Assembly (NCBI GenBank): GCA_046329875.1
Contig: JAXLTT010000001.1
Span: forward strand, 205,619-269,618
Length of the DNA stretch: 64,000 nt
From: Bacteroidales bacterium
GTDB taxonomy: Bacteria > Bacteroidota > Bacteroidia > Bacteroidales > VadinHA17
Direction of reading: 5' to 3'
Shown here in pieces: positions 28,414-37,368 of the stretch (position 1 is its first letter; each line of letters begins with the position of its first letter). The translations under genes and the position numbers were made by a program. The notes beneath the pieces are model-generated. The model was not told the DNA's origin. It was given only the letters and a program-made list of their open reading frames with translations, and ran no database searches.

Positions 28414-30414
28414 CTATTTCTTGGAAGATTTGTTCTGTTTTTCTTCCATTTCCTCTTTCAGTGCAGCAAGGTCAGTTATATCGCCAAGTGTAGTCTTTTC
28501 GATATTGGATTTAACCTTTTTAGCAGCCTTCTTGACGGTTTCAGTCTCGGTTTTCTTAACTGCAGCCTCAACAGCTCTCTTCTCATCTTCGAAAATACGG
28601 CTGTGTGAAACGATTATCTTCTTGGCTGATTTGTTGAATTCGATAACCTTGAACATGAGTTTCTCGTCAACTTTCGACATGCTTCCGTCTTCTTTCACAA
28701 GGTGTTTTGGAGTAGCAAAACCTTCAACACCGTAAGGAAGGGCAACTATTGCACCTTTTTCAAAGAGTTCAACTACTGTACCTTCATGAACTGAGTCGAT
28801 AGTGAAGATATTCTCGAATACATCCCATGGGTTCTCTTCGAGCTGCTTGTGACCAAGGCTGAGTCTCCTGTTTTCTTTATCTATTTCGAGGACAACAACT
28901 TCGATCTCTGCATCAATAGCTGTGAATTCAGCCGGGTGCTTGATTTTCCTTGTCCATGAAAGGTCTGAGATGTGGATAAGACCATCAACGCCTTCCTCGA
29001 TTTCAACAAAAACACCGAAGTTGGTGAAGTTGCGGACTTTTGCAGTGTGCCTGCTGCCTACTGCATACCTCTCTTCAATATTCTGCCATGGATCGGGCTT
29101 AAGCTGCTTGATGCCAAGTGACATTTTCCTTTCGGTACGGTCGAGTGTAAGAACAACTGCTTCAACCTCGTCACCAACCTTCATGAACTCCTGTGCGCTG
29201 CGGAGATGCTGTGACCATGACATTTCAGAAACATGGATAAGACCTTCAACACCGGTAGCTATTTCAACGAATGCACCGTAATCGGCCATCACAACAACCT
29301 TGCCTTTAACTTTATCACCAACCTTGAGGTTAGGATCTACTGAATCCCAAGGATGTGGGGTAAGCTGCTTGAGACCAAGGGCGATTCTCTTCTTGTCATC
29401 ATCAAAGTCGAGGATAACAACATTGAGTTTCTGGTCAAGCTGAACGATCTCTTCGGGATGGTTAACCCTGCCCCATGAGAGGTCTGTAATATGTATAAGC
29501 CCGTCAACACCGCCGAGGTCAATGAATACACCGTATGATGTAATGTTCTTGACAGTTCCTTCAAGAACCTGGCCTTTTTCAAGTTTGGCGATGATCTCTT
29601 TCTTCTGCTGTTCGAGTTCAGCTTCAATAAGGGCTTTATGTGAAACAACCACGTTCTTGAATTCCTGGTTGATCTTGACAACCTTGAATTCCATGGTCTT
29701 GTTAACAAAAATATCGTAATCACGTATTGGTTTGACGTCGATCTGTGAACCCGGGAGGAATGCTTCGATACCAAAGACATCCACAATCATACCGCCTTTT
29801 GTACGGCACTTGATGTAACCGGTGATGATCTCGTCATTTTCAAGGGCTGAATTAACCCTGTCCCATGAATTAAGAGCGCGGGCTTTCTTGTGTGAAAGAA
29901 CGAGCTGTCCTTTCTTGTCTTCCTGGCTCTCAACATATACTTCAACTGTATCCCCAACCTTAAGTCCGGGGTTGTACCTGAATTCGTTCAGGCTCACTAC
30001 ACCTTCAGATTTGTAACCGATGTTAATAACAACTTCGCGGTTTGTCATCTGGATAACAGTACCCTTGACAACCTCATCAACTGCTATTGTTGAAAGTGTT
30101 TTGTCGTACATTGCCTCATACTCGGTGTATTTAGGCGAGTTACGGAGCTCTTCGCTCTCAAATGCATCCCAGTCAAACTGTTCGTTTGAAACGTGGTGTT
30201 TTTCTTCTGTTTCAGGGGTTTCGGTTTCGTGATGAGCAGCTTTTCTAACTTTCTTCACTTCACCTTCAGCAGCAAATTCTGCTTCGTTCTCAACCTCACC
30301 TGCATTTGTATCTGCAGCGGTTTTTGTTTTTACGGTTTTCTTTACGCTCTTGTCGGCGTTTTCGTTTTTCTCGACCTTTTCAGCTTTGGCCGGTTTTCCT
30401 TTGTTTTCAGTCAT
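28414..30414 (-). CDS. rpsA: 30S ribosomal protein S1 with Lys/Glu-rich terminal extensions
   Basis: 666 aa with six S1 repeats (recurring GLIHISD/GLIHVSE motifs). The first roughly 80 aa and the last roughly 50 aa are low-complexity. Confidence 0.93.
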   Translation of the reverse strand: MTENKGKPAKAEKVEKNENADKSVKKTVKTKTAADTNAGEVENEAEFAAEGEVKKVRKAAHHETETPETEEKHHVSNEQFDWDAFESEELRNSPKYTEYEAMYDKTLSTIAVDEVVKGTVIQMTNREVVINIGYKSEGVVSLNEFRYNPGLKVGDTVEVYVESQEDKKGQLVLSHKKARALNSWDRVNSALENDEIITGYIKCRTKGGMIVDVFGIEAFLPGSQIDVKPIRDYDIFVNKTMEFKVVKINQEFKNVVVSHKALIEAELEQQKKEIIAKLEKGQVLEGTVKNITSYGVFIDLGGVDGLIHITDLSWGRVNHPEEIVQLDQKLNVVILDFDDDKKRIALGLKQLTPHPWDSVDPNLKVGDKVKGKVVVMADYGAFVEIATGVEGLIHVSEMSWSQHLRSAQEFMKVGDEVEAVVLTLDRTERKMSLGIKQLKPDPWQNIEERYAVGSRHTAKVRNFTNFGVFVEIEEGVDGLIHISDLSWTRKIKHPAEFTAIDAEIEVVVLEIDKENRRLSLGHKQLEENPWDVFENIFTIDSVHEGTVVELFEKGAIVALPYGVEGFATPKHLVKEDGSMSKVDEKLMFKVIEFNKSAKKIIVSHSRIFEDEKRAVEAAVKKTETETVKKAAKKVKSNIEKTTLGDITDLAALKEEMEEKQNKSSKK

Positions 30415-30477
30415 GATGTTAAATTAAACTTCTAAAAATTAATAAGTTAGACATTATTTTGAACAAAATTCGGATTG

Positions 30478-30485
30478 CAAAGATA
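30478..30485 (-). promoter_or_regulatory. Putative -7 promoter box (TAnnTTTG) for rpsA
   Basis: The minus strand reads TATCTTTG about 64 nt upstream of the rpsA ATG. Confidence 0.4.
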
Positions 30486-30536
30486 ACTTTTTATTTTGAA
30501 TATAAATGGAATACGAGACTTATTTTCACCATGTTA

Positions 30537-30635
30537 GTCGTGCCGGTCGTGCCGGTCGTGCCAGTCGTGCCAGTCGTGCCAGTCGTGCCGGTCGTGCCAG
30601 TCATGCCAGTCGTGCCAGTCGTGCAGGTCCTGCCA
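30537..30635. repeat. Tandem 9-bp array (GTCGTGCCR, 11 units): left arm of four-helix-bundle cassette 1
   Basis: Counted directly as 11 contiguous 9-mers with a few substitutions (GTCATGCCA, GTCGTGCAG, GTCCTGCCA). Confidence 0.9.
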
Positions 30636-30698
30636 GTTATGAATTGGTTTAATCGAGGCAGATATCGTAACTTTATAAATTAATTAACTCGTGCTAAA

Positions 30699-31091
30699 AT
30701 GGGAACAATTAAGAATTTTGAAGAACTGGCTGTCTGGATTATGGCCAGGGAGATCGCGAATGATATCTACTCAGATCTAAAGAATTGCAGAGATTTTGGA
30801 TTCAGAGATCAGATCACAAGAGCTGGTATTTCGATAATGAATAATATCAGCGAGGGTTTTGGTCGCAATAGCGATACGGAGTTCAGACACTTTCTCAATA
30901 TTTCCAAAGGCTCTGCAACAGAAGTTAAGAGTATGTACTACATTGCTGAAGACCAGGAATATGTCAGTCATGAGACGTCACAGAAAATGCGTGATAAACT
31001 GCAAAGGCTTATTAACAGTCTCGGAACCTTTATGAAGTACCTTAATTCCTCACGACCAGCCCGACCTGCCCGACCTGCAAGACCTGCATGA
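30699..31091 (+). CDS. Four-helix-bundle protein (23S rRNA intervening-sequence protein / Avd-like family)
   Basis: 130 aa with QITRAGISIMNNISEGFGR...FRHFLNISKGSATEV, typical of this family. The C-terminal SRPARPARPARPA is encoded by the right repeat arm. Confidence 0.85.
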   Translation: MGTIKNFEELAVWIMAREIANDIYSDLKNCRDFGFRDQITRAGISIMNNISEGFGRNSDTEFRHFLNISKGSATEVKSMYYIAEDQEYVSHETSQKMRDKLQRLINSLGTFMKYLNSSRPARPARPARPA

Positions 31092-31137
31092 CCCGCAAGA
31101 CCGGCACGACCTGCAAGACCTGCAACACCTGCACGAC
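31053..31137. repeat. Tandem 9-bp array (CGACCTGCA-like, about 9.4 units): right arm, inverted relative to 30537-30635
   Basis: The reverse complement of the unit, once rotated, reads GTCGTGCAG against GTCGTGCCA in the left arm, so 7 of 9 positions per unit are complementary. It overlaps the last 39 nt of the CDS. Confidence 0.88.
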
Positions 31138-31168
31138 TTTTTCCATTTTCATTATTGCCACGTTATAT

Positions 31169-31176
31169 TATCTTTG
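31169..31176 (+). promoter_or_regulatory. Putative -7 promoter box (TAnnTTTG) for ugd
   Basis: TATCTTTG lies 35 nt upstream of the ATG at 31211. Confidence 0.4.
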
Positions 31177-31210
31177 CAGAAACAGCAACTTTTAATACAA
31201 AAATTCCCAG

Positions 31211-32524
31211 ATGAAGATCGCAGTAGTAGGCACAGGTTATGTAGGACTGGTGACAGGAACCTGCTTCTCAGAGACAGGTGTAACGGTTACCTGTGTCGAC
31301 GTCGATAAAGACAAAGTCAGACAGCTTAAAGAGGGGTCTGTTCCCATATATGACCCGGGGCTTGAAGTTATGATGAGAAGGAACATGGAAAAAGGAAGGC
31401 TCCTGTTCACAACAAGTATAAGCGAAGGTATTGAAGGGGCTGAAGCTATTTTCATAGCTGTAGGAACACCTCCGGGAGAAGACGGAAGTGCTGACCTTCA
31501 GCATGTGCTGCAGGTTGCAAAGGAAATCGGCCGGGTAATTACAGGCTACATAGTTGTTGTTATAAAGAGCACTGTCCCTGTGGGAACCTCAAGGAAAGTT
31601 GAAGAGGTAATAAGGAAGGAACTCTCGGCAAGGAATGCAAACATCAGCTTCGACATGGCTTCCAATCCTGAATTCCTTAAAGAAGGATCTGCTGTTGAGG
31701 ACTTCCTGAAGCCTGAAAGGATAGTAATCGGCACTTCAACAGAAGAGGCTGCCTCAATAATGAAGAAACTGTACCAGCCATTTCTGCTGAATAATCACCC
31801 TATCCTGTTTATGGATATTGCCTCATCGGAGATAACCAAATATGCTGCCAATGCGATGCTTGCAACAAGGATCAGTTTCATGAACGAGATCGCTAACCTC
31901 TGTGAGATTCTGGGTGCAGATGTTACACAGGTGCGAAGGGGAATAGGCAGTGACTCAAGAATCGGTAATAAATTTCTTTATGCAGGTACAGGTTACGGCG
32001 GATCATGCTTCCCGAAGGATGTGAAAGCCCTTATAAAAACTGCAAAGGATAATAAGTATGAACTGAAGGTTGTAACTGCTGTTGAAAAGGCAAATGAATA
32101 CCAGAAAGAGGTCCTTTTCAGAAAAATCGAAAAACATTTCGGCAGTCTTAAAGGAATATCTATCTGTATCTGGGGATTGGCATTCAAGCCTCAGACTGAT
32201 GATATAAGGGAAGCATCTTCAATCATCCTGATAAGCATGCTTCTTGAAAAAGGGGCCAGGGTAAAAGCCTATGATCCTGCAGCTGTGAATGAGGCCCGGA
32301 AACTCCTGGGTAACAGGGTTGAGTTTGCTGCCGGACAGTACGAGGCCGCTGAAAGTGCCGATGCAATTGCACTTATGACCGAATGGCCTGAATTCAGGAT
32401 TCCTGATTTTAACAAACTGTCGGAAACAATGAAGCAAAAAGTTGTCTTTGACGGGAGGAATATTTACGACCCGGCAGAAGTAAGGAAAGCCGGATTTACC
32501 TATTACGGAATTGGAAGAAAATAA
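31211..32524 (+). CDS. ugd: UDP-glucose 6-dehydrogenase
   Basis: 437 aa with MKIAVVGTGYVGLV and the catalytic GGSCFPKD motif. Confidence 0.92.
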   Translation: MKIAVVGTGYVGLVTGTCFSETGVTVTCVDVDKDKVRQLKEGSVPIYDPGLEVMMRRNMEKGRLLFTTSISEGIEGAEAIFIAVGTPPGEDGSADLQHVLQVAKEIGRVITGYIVVVIKSTVPVGTSRKVEEVIRKELSARNANISFDMASNPEFLKEGSAVEDFLKPERIVIGTSTEEAASIMKKLYQPFLLNNHPILFMDIASSEITKYAANAMLATRISFMNEIANLCEILGADVTQVRRGIGSDSRIGNKFLYAGTGYGGSCFPKDVKALIKTAKDNKYELKVVTAVEKANEYQKEVLFRKIEKHFGSLKGISICIWGLAFKPQTDDIREASSIILISMLLEKGARVKAYDPAAVNEARKLLGNRVEFAAGQYEAAESADAIALMTEWPEFRIPDFNKLSETMKQKVVFDGRNIYDPAEVRKAGFTYYGIGRK

Positions 32525-32600
32525 GCAGTCGTACCTTATCAGAATCACCCTGATCGCACGATTGAATGATTGCATAATTGCACGATAAAAGAAAACAGAC

Positions 32601-33491
32601 ATGAAAGGTATTATTCTGGCAGGGGGGGCAGGAACAAGACTGCATCCGATAACTAGTTCGATTTCGAAACAGATGCTCCCTGTTTATGACAAACCCATGA
32701 TCTATTACCCTCTTTCGGTATTAATGCTTGCAGGTATCAGGGATATTCTTATAATTTCGACACCACGCGATCTTCCCGGATTCAGGAGCCTTCTGGGAGA
32801 TGGTAAATCACTGGGCATGAAATTCTCTTACATTGAACAGCCTTCACCCGATGGGCTTGCACAGGCATTCATTCTTGGAGAGAACTTCATCGGGAAAGAT
32901 CCTGTTTGCATGATCCTCGGAGACAATATTTTCTATGGTCATGGATTTGGCCAGGTACTACTTGAAACAGCCAGGCTTACCCATGGTGCCTGTATCTTCG
33001 GTTATTATGTTAATGACCCTGAGAGATACGGTGTTGTTGAATTTGATTCATCGAAAAAACCTGTATCGATTGAAGAAAAACCTTCAAACCCGAAGTCAAA
33101 CTATGCAGTTACAGGTCTTTACTTCTACGACAATTCAGTTGTTGCAAAAGCCAAATCACTTAAACCCTCAGCAAGGGGTGAACTGGAGATAACCGACCTG
33201 AACAGACTCTACCTGAAGGAGAGATCGCTTGAGGTAAGGATGATGGGCCGCGGCATGGCATGGCTGGATACCGGGACTTACGAAAGCCTCCTGCAGGCTG
33301 CCAACTTCATAGCCACACTCGAGCAAAGACAGGGTCTTAAAGCATCATGTATAGAGGAGATAGCCTATAAAAGGGGGTTTATTACTAGGGAGCAACTGAT
33401 AGCTGTTGCTACACCTGTGAAGAACAGCCAGTATGGAAAATACCTACTGAGAATTGCAAATGAAGAGATCAATGTTTTTGATACAAAATAA
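32601..33491 (+). CDS. rfbA: Glucose-1-phosphate thymidylyltransferase
   Basis: 296 aa with [14 protein letters not shown] and RfbA-like sequence throughout. Confidence 0.94.
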   Translation: MKGIILAGGAGTRLHPITSSISKQMLPVYDKPMIYYPLSVLMLAGIRDILIISTPRDLPGFRSLLGDGKSLGMKFSYIEQPSPDGLAQAFILGENFIGKDPVCMILGDNIFYGHGFGQVLLETARLTHGACIFGYYVNDPERYGVVEFDSSKKPVSIEEKPSNPKSNYAVTGLYFYDNSVVAKAKSLKPSARGELEITDLNRLYLKERSLEVRMMGRGMAWLDTGTYESLLQAANFIATLEQRQGLKASCIEEIAYKRGFITREQLIAVATPVKNSQYGKYLLRIANEEINVFDTK

Positions 33492-33502
33492 TCCCGGCCG
33501 GA

Positions 33503-34051
33503 ATGAAAATTACTGAAACAGGTTTCCAGGGTCTTTTGATATTTGAACCGGTTGTCTTTGAGGATAACAGGGGTTATTTTATGGAAAGTTTTAATAAAGA
33601 GATTTTAAGGAAAGCAGGAATTGCTTTTGAACCTGTACAGGATAATGAATCAAGTTCGGTGAAAGGTGTAATCAGGGGCTTGCATTACCAGCTGCGACCA
33701 TTCGAACAGGCAAAACTTATAAGAGTAATAGAGGGTAAGATACTTGATGTGGTGCTGGACCTGAGGAGAACATCAAAGACCTACGGAAAATGGTTCAGTG
33801 CAGAACTGTCGGCTGAATCAAGAAAACAACTCTTTATCCCTAGGGGATTTGCCCACGGATTCTCGGTACTTAGCAAAACGGCAGTTATTCAATATAAATG
33901 CGATAACTATTATAAACCTGCATTTGAAAGGGGTATAGCCCTTAATGATCCTTCTCTTGGGATTGACTGGAAGACAGATATGTCTAAGGCAATTATCAGC
34001 GAGAAGGATTCAAAAAGTCCGTACTTCAGGGATGCGGAAAACAACTTCTGA
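33503..34051 (+). CDS. rfbC: dTDP-4-dehydrorhamnose 3,5-epimerase
   Basis: 182 aa with FEDNRGYF and RGLHYQ motifs. Confidence 0.93.
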   Translation: MKITETGFQGLLIFEPVVFEDNRGYFMESFNKEILRKAGIAFEPVQDNESSSVKGVIRGLHYQLRPFEQAKLIRVIEGKILDVVLDLRRTSKTYGKWFSAELSAESRKQLFIPRGFAHGFSVLSKTAVIQYKCDNYYKPAFERGIALNDPSLGIDWKTDMSKAIISEKDSKSPYFRDAENNF

Positions 34052-34062
34052 AACTAAAGCAA

Positions 34063-34932
34063 ATGGCTCTGATACTAGTAACAGGTGCAATGGGTCAGCT
34101 CGGAAATGAGCTGAAGATTTCATCGAAGAAATATTTCGGCAATGATTTTATATTCACCGATTTTGATACTCTTGACATCACCGACGGTGAAGCACTTATG
34201 CAATTCATTGCAAAAAGGAAACCAGGATGGATAATCAACTGCGCTGCTTTCACCTCTGTTGATAAGGCTGAGGAAGAACAGGAAAAAGCGCATATGATTA
34301 ACGCCCTGGGAGTCAAAAACATAGTGTCAGTCATAAGGGATTCACCCTGCAGGCTGATCCATATTTCGACCGACTACGTCTTCGATGGCCGGTCAGAGAC
34401 ACCTTACAGGGAATCGGACCCGGTAAACCCTGAAACAGTATACGGTCATACAAAACTTGAGGGTGAAAAATATGCACTTCTCCACCCCCATTCACTTGTT
34501 ATAAGAACTTCGTGGCTCTATTCTCTGTATGGGCACAATTTTGTAAAGACAATACTGAGGCTCGCTGAAGACGAAAATCCTCTCAGGGTTGTTAACGACC
34601 AGGTAGGATCACCAACATGGGCCGCTGATCTTGCCGATGCAATCCTTGAGATAATCTCGGGCGTCAATAATCACCAGATTGCTTTCAATGCAGGCATATA
34701 TAATTATTCAAACGAGGGAACATGCAGCTGGTATGAATTTGCACTCGCCATACTTGAGGAGGCAGGTATATCAAAAGAAGTAATTCCGATCACCACACCT
34801 GAATTTCCCCTCCCGGCAAAAAGACCACAATATTCAGTTCTCAACAAATCTAAAATCACTGAGAATTACAGGCTTGCAATCCCTCACTGGAGAACCAGCC
34901 TGTCAAAATGTATTAAACTAATGAATAAATAA
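34063..34932 (+). CDS. rfbD: dTDP-4-dehydrorhamnose reductase
   Basis: 289 aa with VTGAMGQLG, STDYVFDG and YGHTK. Confidence 0.92.
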   Translation: MALILVTGAMGQLGNELKISSKKYFGNDFIFTDFDTLDITDGEALMQFIAKRKPGWIINCAAFTSVDKAEEEQEKAHMINALGVKNIVSVIRDSPCRLIHISTDYVFDGRSETPYRESDPVNPETVYGHTKLEGEKYALLHPHSLVIRTSWLYSLYGHNFVKTILRLAEDENPLRVVNDQVGSPTWAADLADAILEIISGVNNHQIAFNAGIYNYSNEGTCSWYEFALAILEEAGISKEVIPITTPEFPLPAKRPQYSVLNKSKITENYRLAIPHWRTSLSKCIKLMNK

Positions 34933-35054
34933 ATTTGCTATCAAATTAATCCATACCCCTTTCCCGTTTCCCCCAAGGGGGAAAGGCCTGGTTATCAACC
35001 GTAACCACCTGGGGAAGGCAGTAAGGGGCTAAAATGTAAAATAAAAACAGAAGT

Positions 35055-36788
35055 ATGATATCAATTGCAGAAATCAGGAGCAGGGCCGAATCATGGCTTG
35101 GAAATGAGTTCAACGAGGAAACCAGGAAAGAGGTTCGCGAAATGCTTGAAGGCGATGAAAAGAAGCTTGTTGATGCATTCTACCAGGACCTTGAGTTTGG
35201 AACCGGTGGTCTTCGCGGTATAATGGGAGCAGGTACCAACAGGATGAATATCTACACCCTCGGTATGGCAACCCAGGGCCTTGCCAATTACCTGATAAAG
35301 CAGCTCGGCAACTCCGGGATCAGTGTTGCAATAGCACACGACTGCAGGAATAACAGCAGGTCATTCGCCGAAACCACAGCAGATATTTTTTCAGCAAATG
35401 GTTTCGATGTTTATCTTTTCGAATCTCTCCGCCCGACACCTGAACTGTCATTTGCCATCCGTCATTTTAATTGCCAGAGCGGTGTGGTTATTACAGCATC
35501 TCATAACCCGAAGGAATATAACGGATACAAAGCCTATTGGAACGATGGCGGACAGGTTGTTCCTCCCCACGATGACGGTATTATTGATGAAGTAAGAAAA
35601 ATAAAATCTGTAAGCGAGATAAAATTCAACGCAAGGAAAGAAAAGATTAAAATCATCGGAAAGGAAACTGATGAGCTTTTCCTTGCGGAGGTACTTAAGA
35701 TGAGCCACAACCCGGGACTTATCAAGAAACACAGTAACATAGGAATTGTATATACACCTATCCATGGTTCAGGAGTGACACTAATCCCTCCTGTTCTTAA
35801 AATGATGGGCTTTAAAAACATTATAAATGTACCTGAGCAGGATGTAACAGACGGGAATTTTCCTACTGTTAAATCACCTAACCCTGAAGAACCCGGAGCA
35901 CTGATGATGGCAATCGAAAAGGCAAAAGCTACCGGCGCCGATCTTGTAATGGCCTCAGATCCTGATGCTGACAGGCTTGGAATAGCTGTAAAAAACGACA
36001 GGAATGAATTCATACTGCTGAACGGGAACCAGACAGGTGCCATCCTGACCTGGTATATACTGTCACAGTACAGGGCCAAGAACCTCTTTAAAGGAAACGA
36101 GTTTATTATAAATACTATAGTAACATCTGAGATCTTTAACCGGATAGCTGAAGCGCACAATGTTAAATGCTATAGTGTTCTTACAGGTTTCAAGTATTTC
36201 GCCGAACTGATCAGGAGCACGGAAGGTAAGCAGAAATACATAGGTGGTGGTGAAGAAAGTTACGGTTACCTGCCCGGCGATTATGTAAGGGACAAAGATG
36301 CTGTCGGTTCGTGTGCCCTTGTTGCCGAAGCTGCAGTATGGGCCCGCGAAAACGGGATGTCGCTTTACCAGCTCCTTGTCGACATTGCAGTTAAATACGG
36401 ATTGTACAGGGAAAGGCTTGTGAATATTGTGAGGAAAGGAAAAGAGGGTGCTGATGAAATAAAGGCAATGATGGTAGGTTATCGCAAAAATCCGCCTGTT
36501 TCAATAAATGGCAGCAGGGTTGTACGAATCTGTGATTATGATTCACTTACCGAGACAGACCTCGTTAAGGGTACTAAAACAAAAATAGATCTTGTTAAAT
36601 CGGATGTTCTGCAGTTCTTCCTGGAAGACGGGTCAAAAATATCTGTGAGGCCATCAGGAACCGAACCCAAGATCAAGTTCTATTTCAGTGTAAACACAAA
36701 ACTGAAATCAGCTGCTGAGTATGACAGTGCTGAAAAGGCTCTTGATCAGAGGATTGACGGTATTATAAAGGATATGAAATTAACTTAG
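35055..36788 (+). CDS. Phospho-sugar mutase (phosphoglucomutase/phosphomannomutase family)
   Basis: 577 aa with the active-site motif TASHNPKEYNGYK. Confidence 0.9.
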   Translation: MISIAEIRSRAESWLGNEFNEETRKEVREMLEGDEKKLVDAFYQDLEFGTGGLRGIMGAGTNRMNIYTLGMATQGLANYLIKQLGNSGISVAIAHDCRNNSRSFAETTADIFSANGFDVYLFESLRPTPELSFAIRHFNCQSGVVITASHNPKEYNGYKAYWNDGGQVVPPHDDGIIDEVRKIKSVSEIKFNARKEKIKIIGKETDELFLAEVLKMSHNPGLIKKHSNIGIVYTPIHGSGVTLIPPVLKMMGFKNIINVPEQDVTDGNFPTVKSPNPEEPGALMMAIEKAKATGADLVMASDPDADRLGIAVKNDRNEFILLNGNQTGAILTWYILSQYRAKNLFKGNEFIINTIVTSEIFNRIAEAHNVKCYSVLTGFKYFAELIRSTEGKQKYIGGGEESYGYLPGDYVRDKDAVGSCALVAEAAVWARENGMSLYQLLVDIAVKYGLYRERLVNIVRKGKEGADEIKAMMVGYRKNPPVSINGSRVVRICDYDSLTETDLVKGTKTKIDLVKSDVLQFFLEDGSKISVRPSGTEPKIKFYFSVNTKLKSAAEYDSAEKALDQRIDGIIKDMKLT

Positions 36789-36800
36789 AAAGTTAATCTC

Positions 36801-36932
36801 ACCACCTCCCTCCCGGCTATGCCGGGAGTACTCCTCCTCTTCAGAGGAGGAGAAACTAATGATATATTTAATTGCTAATTTCCCCTCCTTTCCAAGGAGG
36901 GGTGTCTCCGCCAGCGGCGGAGACGGGGTGGT
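36801..36932. repeat. Cluster of four perfect GC-rich hairpins filling a convergent intergenic gap
   Basis: CTCCCGGC-tat-GCCGGGAG (36810-36828), CTCCTCCTC-ttca-GAGGAGGAG (36831-36852), CCCCTCCTT-tcc-AAGGAGGGG (36882-36902) and GTCTCCGCC-agc-GGCGGAGAC (36904-36924). The outer pair ACCACC / GGTGGT sits at 36801-36806 and 36927-36932. Confidence 0.85.
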
Positions 36933-37349
36933 TTACTCCCCTATAATTTTAACGAGAACGCGTTTTCTCCTTTTACCGTCAAATTCACCATAGAAGATCT
37001 GTTCCCATGGTCCGAAATCGAGGCGGCCATTAGTAACAGCTACAACAACTTCCCTTCCCATAAGTGTTCTTTTAATATGGGCGTCGGCGTTGTCCTCGTA
37101 GCCATTATGCTGGTATTGGCTGTAAGGTTTCTCGGGAGCAAGCTTCTCGAGCCAAACTTCAAAATCGTGGTGCAGCCCTGCCTCATCATCATTAATAAAG
37201 ACAGAAGCACTTATATGCATCGCATTTACAAGGGCCATTCCTTCCTTAATACCGCTGTCAGCCAGGCATTTTTCAACCTGGCCGGTGATGTTTATGAAAG
37301 CCCTCCTTGTGGGCACTTCAAACCAGAGTTCCTTACGATATGATTTCAT
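36933..37349 (-). CDS. yjbQ: YjbQ/UPF0047 family protein (secondary thiamine-phosphate synthase)
   Basis: 138 aa with [21 protein letters not shown] and the family's usual length. Confidence 0.85.
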   Translation of the reverse strand: MKSYRKELWFEVPTRRAFINITGQVEKCLADSGIKEGMALVNAMHISASVFINDDEAGLHHDFEVWLEKLAPEKPYSQYQHNGYEDNADAHIKRTLMGREVVVAVTNGRLDFGPWEQIFYGEFDGKRRKRVLVKIIGE

Positions 37350-37368
37350 AACCAGATATTTAATCTAT

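Noticed and set aside
30459-30683. A 74-aa ORF encoding a (VVP)n repeat
   Set aside because: It is simply the translation of the 9-bp tandem array. It also overlaps the likely rpsA promoter region and has no credible start context.
30537-31137. The tandem arrays as a possible CRISPR locus
   Set aside because: The units are 9 bp and contiguous with no spacers, and there are no cas genes in the window.
35534-36160. Long antisense ORFs inside confirmed genes (this one, plus 10520-11053, 42006-42500, 50618-51040, 28382-28735, 13673-14047 and others)
   Set aside because: They are shadow ORFs on the opposite strand of well-supported genes. Their composition is low-complexity or biased and they carry no motifs.
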